A DNA stretch of 63,472 nucleotides, filler included, from Clostridia bacterium (GTDB lineage: Bacteria; CBDUZB01; JAGLHV01): the NCBI GenBank assembly GCA_030637025.1. It is 6 parts of 6 records of this genome, joined end to end, with 100 filler letters (N's around TTAATTAATTAA, not from the genome) between each part and the next. Parts side by side here need not be neighbours in the genome. Positions count along the whole stretch, not along the records: positions 42,151 to 51,537 come from DAOVVV010000056.1; positions 51,638 to 58,956 come from DAOVVV010000062.1; positions 59,057 to 63,472 come from DAOVVV010000068.1; 3 more parts are not named here. One strand, 5' to 3'. Below are positions 51,502 through 60,112 of the stretch, one piece after another. The first letter of the stretch is position 1, and the number at the start of each line of letters is the position of its first letter. A program made the position numbers and the translations under genes. The notes below the pieces were generated by a model, which saw nothing but the letters and a program-made list of their open reading frames with translations, ran no database searches and was not told the origin of the DNA.

Positions 51502-51537
51502 ATGCAAGAAAAATATGTCGATAATTACCTCCGGATA
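51502..51537 (+). CDS. Start of an unknown gene (cut by contig end)
   Basis: AGGAGG RBS then MQEKYVDNYLRI. Confidence 0.45.
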
Positions 51538-51637
51538 NNNNNNNNNNNNNNNNNNNNNNNNNNNNNNNNNNNNNNNNNNNNTTAATTAATTAANNNNNNN
51601 NNNNNNNNNNNNNNNNNNNNNNNNNNNNNNNNNNNNN
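51538..51637. other. Artificial contig linker
   Basis: N run with TTAATTAATTAA. Confidence 0.97.
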
Positions 51638-52957
51638 GGCATCAGCAATTTTGACGGTGGTTACACCAGAATCGGCTATTTTACCGGTGGTTACATTTAA
51701 ATCGGCTATCTTCACAGTGGTTACATTTGAGTCTGCGATCTTGGCAGTGGTTACATTGGCATCTAATATTTTAGCCATATCAATAGCATCATTAGCAATC
51801 TCAAGACTTGTACCGTTATCTGTAAAATCTCCGGTATCTAAATATCTTGGTGTACCTGCTACTCCGGCTTTGACCAATTCGTCACTGCCGGCACTTTGAG
51901 CTACCCATTCAAATCTACTACCGGCATTATTCCAGGCCAGAACTTCCCCGTCTGCCGGGGCATCCAGCACATCTAACTTGGGTTCGGTAATTGCATTATC
52001 TGCAACTTTGGCCGTAGTTATATTAGCATCAGCTATTTTTGCGGTTGTAATATTGGCATCAGCAATTTTGACGGTGGTTACACCAGAATCGGCTATTTTA
52101 CCGGTGGTTACATTTAAATCGGCTATCTTGGCTGTGGTTACATTAGCATCTAATATTTTCACTGTAGTTACATTGGCGTCTGCGATCTTGGCAGTGGTTA
52201 TATTTGAATCTGCAATTTTAGCAGTGGTTACATTTGCATCCAATATTTTAGCCGTATCAATGGCATCATTAGCTATTTCAATACTCGTTCCATTATCTGT
52301 AAAATCACTTGTATCTAAATATCGGGGTGTACCGGCTACTCCGGCTTTGACCAATTCGTCACTTACCGAAACACTAGCCCATACAGGATTCGCTCCTGCT
52401 CCCTGGGTTTGTAAAACTTGACCTGAAACACCCACAGGAAGATTTACCCAATCTAAACTATTGTAATACAACAGCTCCCCCTGGGACGGACCACCACCAA
52501 AATTAACATCTGCTAAATCTCCCAAATCGGTACTGCTTCCGCTTAAATTATCTAATTCTACCCAGGTAACAGCATCTTCGTCACGATATTCCAATTTTCC
52601 TGTTGCGGGATTTACTCTAAAACCTGGTAAATTTGTATATCCATTAATAAACCAATACAAATAAGAACCATTGGCAATTGTAAGCATTTGAAAATAATTA
52701 TTAAGATCGCCGGATGGTTTAATATTAATAGATCCTTCATCATTAATAATATTTGCCTCCCCAGAATCGAGTTTCTGAAAAATAAGGTTATTTTCGTCTT
52801 GATCTTTTATAATAACCTGCGGAGAATCACCTACATTGTCATCCAATATAAAGTCTTTATCCGTTGTAGCAGAAAAAGTGTTAATTGAAAAAAAGTTTAA
52901 ACTCATAAAAGAAATTGTAATAATTAAAATACCTTTAAAAAATGATTTTTGTTTCAT
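51638..52957 (-). CDS. Secreted fibre-like repeat protein, 3' truncated
   Basis: GGAGG RBS, signal peptide, LGDLADV motif, many KIADANVTTA decamer repeats in a duplicated module. Confidence 0.8.
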
Positions 52958-53333
52958 ATTTACTACCTCCTATTATAATATCCGCTTAAAAGTGAACTGT
53001 TTTCAATAATAAAATATTTAAACCCTGACAAAGCAGGAGAATAATTCTTCTTAATTTTTCTTCAAATTCATGAATATTATCCAACTATTCTTAAAACATA
53101 AAAATCTATAACCATACTATTTATTTGTTTTTAACTCTATTTTTTATGCCAGTCAAAGAACATTTTACTACTCTATATTTTAATTTCTTAATTTAGCATC
53201 CAATACTTATAATTTTTAGTCTATTTAATTTCTATTTTTTACGCTTGCCTGATTTTTTGAATTCATTTTTTCAGGTCTATTTTTTCTGAAATAATTTTTT
53301 TGAGAGATTTTGACTACAGGAAGAGAAATGATT

Positions 53334-53765
53334 TCAACAAAGAAAGACTTTAAGCTTTAAAAATAGGTCATCTGCTTCGGAAAAGAAAAAAGAAGGAAAA
53401 CATCTTGTACGATTTTGAACATTAACAATTTCTAATTTATTTAAATTTACAATTTTTGATCTTATACTATTAATTATTTTCTTCTTTTCAATAATAGCCC
53501 AAACAATAAAAACTTCGTCAAATTGAAAAGCATCATTTAAAAACAAATTATTGTAATTTTTTACAGGTTTATTGTTTTCATCCCGGATATCTAAATCCGG
53601 AAAGACCAGATAAAGAGGTAAAAATTGTATTTTTGCACGAAAACAAAAATCTTGTGTGTTGAGACCAAACAGAAATGATTTTTCATTAAAACAGGAAGCA
53701 TAAGTTTTACTGCTCCACATAAAAAAAACCAACAAAGCAAAAAGAATAAACTTGCTTTTTTTCAC
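53334..53765 (-). CDS. Hypothetical secreted protein
   Basis: GTG start, N-terminal signal-like segment, directly downstream of riboswitch terminator. Confidence 0.6.
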   Translation of the reverse strand: MKKSKFILFALLVFFMWSSKTYASCFNEKSFLFGLNTQDFCFRAKIQFLPLYLVFPDLDIRDENNKPVKNYNNLFLNDAFQFDEVFIVWAIIEKKKIINSIRSKIVNLNKLEIVNVQNRTRCFPSFFFSEADDLFLKLKVFLC

Positions 53766-53793
53766 TTTCCCTCTCCAAAATTACTCTTAATAT

Positions 53794-53839
53794 AAAAAAA
53801 CCGCGTTACTCCGTTTTTTATCTACGGTTAACCCGGTTT
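53794..53839 (-). terminator. Intrinsic terminator, riboswitch expression platform
   Basis: AAACCGGGTTAACCGT...ACGGAGTAACGCGGTTTTTTT. Confidence 0.72.
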
Positions 53840-53853
53840 ATTTTTTATTTAAA

Positions 53854-53935
53854 CCCTGGCAACTCAGCCTCCCATAATAATTATGGGACCGTAGTTTTGT
53901 GCCCCCCGGTTTCCCGGGGTTTACCTTTATCAGAG
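53854..53935 (-). ncRNA. c-di-GMP-I (GEMM) riboswitch
   Basis: CTCTGATAAAGGTAAAC-CCCGG-GAAA-CCGGG-GGGCACAAAACTACGG...GGCTGAGTTGCCAGGG; covaries with the 15915 copy. Confidence 0.88.
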
Positions 53936-53972
53936 CAATTTAATTTGCTTTATTTAATTATCAATTAATCAT

Positions 53973-54028
53973 TGTGATTTTTATCACATTTACTACTCTA
54001 AATATAACCTCTTTTTTCATTTTGTCAA
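53973..54028 (-). promoter_or_regulatory. Sigma70 promoter and TGTGA-N6-TCACA palindrome
   Basis: TTGACA(54028)-N16-TATATT; perfect TGTGA-TTTTTA-TCACA at 53973-53988. Confidence 0.6.
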
Positions 54029-54070
54029 GGTTTTTTCAACGCATTAATTATTTAAGATATTATGTGGATT

Positions 54071-55747
54071 TTATTTAAAATAAGCGTTTGTTACATATTG
54101 CTGAACCATTCGATAGGTATTAAAAAATGAAGCATTTAAAGAAATTGAATGTTTCATAATATCTAACCATTTATCTTTTTGATTATAAAACATTGGAACA
54201 ATTACCTTTTCTAATTTATCATATAAATCTTGTAAATCTTCCACCTCGTTTAATTCTTCTTTATCCGAACCTATTGACCAACCAGTAATGTTTTCAATAT
54301 GCCCTTCTACCCACCATCCATCTAAAACACTAAAGCTGGGAATTCCATTATGCGCCGCCTTCATCCCACTCGTACCCGAAGCTTCTCGTGGCCTTACGGG
54401 ATTGTTTAACCAGAGATCAACCCCGGAAGTAATTAATTTTCCTAGTTTCATATCATAGTTTTCTAGATAAACAGCTTTAACTTTCCCTTCTAATTCTTTA
54501 ATACTAAAAAAAACAGATTTAATTAATTCCTTCCCTTTTATATCCTGAGGATGAGCTTTGCCGGCAAAAATAATTTGAATTTTACCGATTTTTTCGTTAA
54601 TTTCTAATAACCGGTTTATATCATTAAACAATAAATCCGCCCTTTTATAAGAAGTAACCCTCCGGGCAAAACCAATAGTAAACACGTCATAATCCATCCC
54701 CACATTTTCCTGACGATTTACATAATCAATAAGTGTCTTTTTTGCTTCTTGATGAGTTTCCCATATTTCTTCTTTAGGAATACCCAAAGCATTCCTCAGA
54801 GAAAAAGGATTTTGCTCCCACCCAGGTATATATTTATCATATAATTTTTTAAATGAATCAGCAGTCCAGGAAAAAGAATGAACCCCGTTAGTTATAAAAT
54901 TTATCGTATGACCGGGAAACATGTTTTTAGAAACTTCCCCATGTCTTTTAGCTACTCCGTTTATATAGTGACTAAAATTCATCCCGATTAAAGTCATATT
55001 TACTTCGTTATCCCGGCAAAACATCTCTGGCAACTCAAATAAGACAGAAGAAGGAAAAACATTTTTCACTAAATCCAAAGGAAATCTATCATGCCCGGCA
55101 GGCACAGGGGTATGAGTAGTAAAAATACATTGTTTTTTTACTGCCTCTATATTATATTTATTTTCTTTCTTTGTTTTTTCCAATAATTCAGTTACTAAAA
55201 AACTGGCATGCCCTTCGTTCATATGATACTTTTCAATATTATTATATCCTAAAGCCTCTATTATTCTCACTCCCCCTACTCCTAAAATTATCTCCTGACA
55301 CAAACGGTATTTTTTATCTTCTCCATAAAGATAATGAGTAAGAGTACGATGATACTCATCATTTTCATCTATATCAGTATCTAAAAAATAAAGGGGAACA
55401 CTGTACCCGCTTAAACCTTTTACTATATATTCCCATACCTGAACTTTAACTTCCCGTCCTTCAATATTGACGGAAATCTTAACCGGCAACGATTTTAAAA
55501 AATCATCCTTGCTCCAATTAGTAGGCATCTCAATTTGATTTCCCTCTTCATCTATTTTTTGAAAAAAATAACCATTTTCCGCTAACAGGGTTATTCCAAT
55601 AATCGGTATTTTTAAATCAGCACAAGCTTTTAGGGTATCCCCTGCTAAAATCCCCAAACCACCGCTATAAGTAGGTACTCGGCTATCAAATCCTATCTCC
55701 ATAGAAAAATAAGCTACTCTTCTGTTTCTAAAATCTTCACTCAACAC
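54071..55747 (-). CDS. glgP: Alpha-glucan phosphorylase
   Basis: YFSME, YSGGLGILAGD, NEGH, TTHTP, ARR..YKR, EASGTSGMK (PLP lysine). Confidence 0.95.
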   Translation of the reverse strand: MLSEDFRNRRVAYFSMEIGFDSRVPTYSGGLGILAGDTLKACADLKIPIIGITLLAENGYFFQKIDEEGNQIEMPTNWSKDDFLKSLPVKISVNIEGREVKVQVWEYIVKGLSGYSVPLYFLDTDIDENDEYHRTLTHYLYGEDKKYRLCQEIILGVGGVRIIEALGYNNIEKYHMNEGHASFLVTELLEKTKKENKYNIEAVKKQCIFTTHTPVPAGHDRFPLDLVKNVFPSSVLFELPEMFCRDNEVNMTLIGMNFSHYINGVAKRHGEVSKNMFPGHTINFITNGVHSFSWTADSFKKLYDKYIPGWEQNPFSLRNALGIPKEEIWETHQEAKKTLIDYVNRQENVGMDYDVFTIGFARRVTSYKRADLLFNDINRLLEINEKIGKIQIIFAGKAHPQDIKGKELIKSVFFSIKELEGKVKAVYLENYDMKLGKLITSGVDLWLNNPVRPREASGTSGMKAAHNGIPSFSVLDGWWVEGHIENITGWSIGSDKEELNEVEDLQDLYDKLEKVIVPMFYNQKDKWLDIMKHSISLNASFFNTYRMVQQYVTNAYFK

Positions 55748-56112
55748 TCTACATCCTCCTTAATCGCTCTTTCTCAATAATCTTTTATCTTTCTTTTTCT
55801 TAATATAAAAACAATTTCTTTTGAGAAATTTAGTTATTATATAACTTATCCCGATAACAAGTCAATAATTTATTTGAACTAATGGAACAATATAAATATA
55901 AAAAAATATTAAAAAGTGAAAACAAAATGTATTTTTCACTAAACATTCTTATTTATTAAACTTTTACCGTAATACTATTTCTCCACATTATCTACGAAAG
56001 AACCGAATATTATAAGTTTTAATTACTTTATATTTTCAAATAATACTTAAAATAATTAAAAACGAATAACCAATTTGTAATGATAAAAAGGAAAGATATT
56101 TTTTTAATAGTA

Positions 56113-57138
56113 TTAAAAGGTAACACGCAGAGAAAAACGATTGGTCCAACTCAAATCTTCCTGTATATCCATTAAAACAGCATAATCAATTTTCGCTTTA
56201 ACTATCTTTAAAGGAAGAGTTAAACTGGTGCCTATGGTAGGATTGAAATTACTGCTCCCTGCTCTAAGACAAATATTTTTTCCTACTTGATATTCACTGC
56301 CCAAATAAAGTTTTACATCCTGCTCGAGAGTTTTTTCTACATCCAAAGCTAATAATAATTTACTTTTTAAGGGCCTATACGCACCCCCCAATCTTATGTT
56401 TAATAAAATATCATCTTTTACCGACCCCCCATCCAAAGACCATTTTAAAGAACCCATTATATTTTGTATATTCAATCCAAAAGACCACTGCTTTGTAGGT
56501 TTATACATCGTTCCTACATCTAAACTAAAACCCGTTGCTTTTTCTCTTTCTAATTTTTGTATATGGTATTTAAAACTTGTTCCGCAATAAAAATTTTTTC
56601 TTATTTTTTTTCCATAACCAACAATAAAAGTATCTTCCCTGTCTTCAAAATTTCCTGTCGGCCGGCCGTAATCATCTCTTCCTTCAATATTTTTTACACT
56701 AAAATTTATCCAACCAACAGCAATTCCACCGTAAGACGGCTCCCGGTCTTCATCAGCAAATGACCAACTACTTGCAAAAGTACCCTCATCTTCGTCATCT
56801 CCCAATTTTAATGGATAAACATAATCCAAATAATTATAAAAACGATCTACCCCTAATGAACCGGACATAAGCATTGTTTGATGTTGACGGATCTGTGACA
56901 ATCCTGCCGGATTCCAGTAAAGACTGGAAGAACCATCTGCTACTGCTACAAAAGCATTCCCCATCCCTAAAGGTCTTGCTCCCACTCCCATACTAAGATA
57001 AGCACCTGCCCCCTTAGCCAAACCTTCATCATCTGCCAACAACAAACACTTAGAAAAAATTAAAAACAATATTAAAAAAAACAAACTACATAGAATTTTT
57101 TTTAAACAACAATCGTTTTTATGCTTCATTAAAATCAA
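56113..57138 (-). CDS. PorV/PorQ (UPF0164)-like outer membrane beta-barrel
   Basis: GVGARPLGMGNAFVAVAD..S.YWNPAGL; alternating beta strands; terminal Phe. Confidence 0.85.
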   Translation of the reverse strand: MILMKHKNDCCLKKILCSLFFLILFLIFSKCLLLADDEGLAKGAGAYLSMGVGARPLGMGNAFVAVADGSSSLYWNPAGLSQIRQHQTMLMSGSLGVDRFYNYLDYVYPLKLGDDEDEGTFASSWSFADEDREPSYGGIAVGWINFSVKNIEGRDDYGRPTGNFEDREDTFIVGYGKKIRKNFYCGTSFKYHIQKLEREKATGFSLDVGTMYKPTKQWSFGLNIQNIMGSLKWSLDGGSVKDDILLNIRLGGAYRPLKSKLLLALDVEKTLEQDVKLYLGSEYQVGKNICLRAGSSNFNPTIGTSLTLPLKIVKAKIDYAVLMDIQEDLSWTNRFSLRVTF

Positions 57139-57178
57139 CCTCTTACTTTCACTTTAAAACCAATATACTTGAAAAAGA

Positions 57179-58939
57179 TTACCGCTTAATTACCGCAATT
57201 TTTTTGATTACTGTTCTTTCTTTTCCTCCCCAGGTAGCAACAACCCGGTAAAGATACACCCCGTTAGCCACATCATTTATATCCCAATCCACTCCAAAAT
57301 GACCGCTTCCGTTAGTAGTAGTTTTATAAGTTTTTACCCGTTTTCCGGCAGCAGTAAATATTTCCACTTCAACCTCTGCTGATTCTTCGGTATAAAATAC
57401 AATGCGTACCGGATTTTGCCTAACCGGGTTAGGATAACAAAAAGCTTCTAATTTTTCCGTATCCTCAAAAGGCCGAAATAAAACGACATTAATATTTTCA
57501 GTATCAGTCCCCGGACCTACATTTACCGGCATTGTCCTATTAGCATAACCTGAAGCAGTGGCCACAATCTGGTAAGTTCCCGGGGTTAAATTTTCAATTA
57601 AAAAGGTTCCATCGGAAAAAGGTGTAGTAGTAGCTGCTAATATACCGTTATAAAAGATATTAATTGTCGCTGATACTAAGGGTTGGGCATCACTATTGGT
57701 AACCCGTCCGTGAATTGAATTAGGTAAAGCGGGAATATATATTGACTTGTTGACAGTCATAGAATCCCCTTCGGCATAACAGGTAACTGAAAAATTTACA
57801 TATCCGGTCATTGAACCTAAAGGTTTTACCCGCCATTCTCTTTGTACAATTTCCTCCGCAGGTACATCTCCCAGAGATTTTTCTGCAATCTCTCCGGTAT
57901 CAAAAATCAATCCGGGAGCTAAATTAAACTTCACCGTTGCCCCACTAACTGTATGACCCGAAGAATTTTTCAGATAACACACGGTAGTAAAAGGGTCCGG
58001 CACATATTCATTACTTCCATCTATCTGGAGAAATTCCGGAGCCGATAAACCAATATTAAAAGGATTCCATTGTACATAAGTCATCCCTCCTAAACCATAA
58101 CCTGTACCGTAAGTTCTGGATTGTCCGAAAATAAAATTTTGCGGATTCCAGGAAATAACTACCGCACTGTCATAAAATTCAACGGGAGGAGACTCAATTG
58201 TGTAATTCCAGGGGGCAGAGGGACTATCCCCGCTATAAGCTTTTGGCCAGGAACCAAGAACAAGACGGTCAGGGTCAGAAAAACCTACCCCGGTTATAGA
58301 AAACATAGAAAGCACGGAAGGGTCATCAAAATTATCAAATACCTGAAAATACTGAGGAATGGTATCTGCCGGGCTCACCCACTCTTTTTCCACCGTAACT
58401 TCCCCAAATCCTAAAACACGAAAAGGAGCACCGTCATTATCGCCTAACATTGTATCTAACATTAAAGAAAGCCCTATATCCGGTGAACTACTTCCTTCAT
58501 TTCTTATTTCATAGGCAATCTGTAAATTATCTTCTCTCCCTGTAGAAAAACTTCTTACGATAGTAAGAGTTTGGGTAACTACTATTTGCGAACCGATCTC
58601 CCAGGAAGCAACTAAACTTCCTCCTTGTTGACAGGGAGGAATAATCCATGTCCCCCCGGAACCAAAGATATAATCAACTCCATCTATCCTGATGGAAGTA
58701 AATGAACTCCAGGGATTAGGATGTCCAAACAATAATATTTTATCATCGTCGTTAGAATTATTTGGGTCTCCTCCAATATTGCCCAGGGTAAATCTTCCAT
58801 TTTCAGCAATTACCGCCTGAATATAATCATTGGAGATATTAGGATAAGAAGTTTCAGCAGGAAGAGGTGGAGCAAGTGCAGATTTTAGGACTACCGGCCC
58901 GGCCCATACACTCATAGAAAATAAAAGAAAAATTGCCAT
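57179..58939 (-). CDS. Secreted protein with carboxypeptidase-regulatory-like domain and T9SS-type C-terminal domain (5' end may lie in gap)
   Basis: C-terminal CYPNP...IFTAAG..V...ANGVYLYRV...KIAVIK; IHGRVT...PGTYQI domain. Confidence 0.8.
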   Translation of the reverse strand: MAIFLLFSMSVWAGPVVLKSALAPPLPAETSYPNISNDYIQAVIAENGRFTLGNIGGDPNNSNDDDKILLFGHPNPWSSFTSIRIDGVDYIFGSGGTWIIPPCQQGGSLVASWEIGSQIVVTQTLTIVRSFSTGREDNLQIAYEIRNEGSSSPDIGLSLMLDTMLGDNDGAPFRVLGFGEVTVEKEWVSPADTIPQYFQVFDNFDDPSVLSMFSITGVGFSDPDRLVLGSWPKAYSGDSPSAPWNYTIESPPVEFYDSAVVISWNPQNFIFGQSRTYGTGYGLGGMTYVQWNPFNIGLSAPEFLQIDGSNEYVPDPFTTVCYLKNSSGHTVSGATVKFNLAPGLIFDTGEIAEKSLGDVPAEEIVQREWRVKPLGSMTGYVNFSVTCYAEGDSMTVNKSIYIPALPNSIHGRVTNSDAQPLVSATINIFYNGILAATTTPFSDGTFLIENLTPGTYQIVATASGYANRTMPVNVGPGTDTENINVVLFRPFEDTEKLEAFCYPNPVRQNPVRIVFYTEESAEVEVEIFTAAGKRVKTYKTTTNGSGHFGVDWDINDVANGVYLYRVVATWGGKERTVIKKIAVIKR

Positions 58940-58956
58940 TAACCCATTAATAAACA

Positions 58957-59056
58957 NNNNNNNNNNNNNNNNNNNNNNNNNNNNNNNNNNNNNNNNNNNN
59001 TTAATTAATTAANNNNNNNNNNNNNNNNNNNNNNNNNNNNNNNNNNNNNNNNNNNN
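58957..59056. other. Artificial contig linker
   Basis: N run with TTAATTAATTAA. Confidence 0.97.
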
Positions 59057-60112
59057 CAATAATGCCGATAGCCCAAAAATAAATAGTATTCCCCAAAAGT
59101 ATTCGACTCCTGATGTGTTCAGTTTGTTTTTTATTTTAGTCAGAATTTTTATCCCTTGCTTCTGCCTAAAATATTTCTCCCAATAATCAAGACCATACCC
59201 TTCAATCCCGTCCAATTTTTGTCCGGTTAAAGAAATAGGCTTAAAATTTATTTTCCCTGACTTATCAACAATAACCTGACAAATCATGTCCCTTTGAGTA
59301 TCACCTATACCAGTAGCTATATAAGTAATATTTGAAGTTTTATCTTTTTCGTAAAAAAGAGAAAGCGACCAGGAAACCCCCACATCCCCACTCACAAAAT
59401 ATACATTTTTTCCAGCCAAAGATTTTAATTGCGGTAAAATAATAGCTGAAATAGTATTTGCTTTATTATGATGAGCTAAAGGTCTATTTACAAAAGGGAT
59501 AATGCTGCTATACGGTGCATTCCCAATAGCCCACAACAGCCGATGTGAAAAAATAAATATATTTTTAATCTGTGAAGATTCTTTACAATGTTCAATGTTC
59601 TTCATTATGAAATTTAACTGGTCTCCCTCAATTTTACCGTCACTAATCTCAGTGTCAAGAAAAATAAACAATTCTGTTGAATATTGAAAACTAAAAAAAG
59701 TTTTACCAAAATATTCTTTATACACTTCCCTATTTGAAAGGTCATGATTTCCCGGAGCATTAAAGACAGGAAAATTCAATTTCATTAAAAAACTATCCCT
59801 TAATGCCCTTATTTCCCTCCTCCCTGTCCGTTGAATAATATCTCCCAATAAAACCATAAAACCGGCATCGGCATTATTCAGCAATGAAATATTACTTACT
59901 ATTGACTTTGCCGGATAAATTGATTTTTTATTGGGACAATAAATATGTCCGGAGACCAAAAAAGAATATCCTTCTATTTTTTCATTGCAGTTTAGAATTA
60001 AATTATTCAATGGAGATTTAACCTGTTTTTCTGCCAATAGCAATGAACTAAGCAAGGAAAAAAGAAAAAAACTGATTAAAAATTTATTTGCTACTTTTTT
60101 TAACATTTCCAA
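59057..60112 (-). CDS. Calcineurin-like metallophosphoesterase, secreted/anchored, 3' end cut
   Basis: LGD, PGNHD, FSH motifs; signal peptide; C-terminal TM. Confidence 0.8.
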
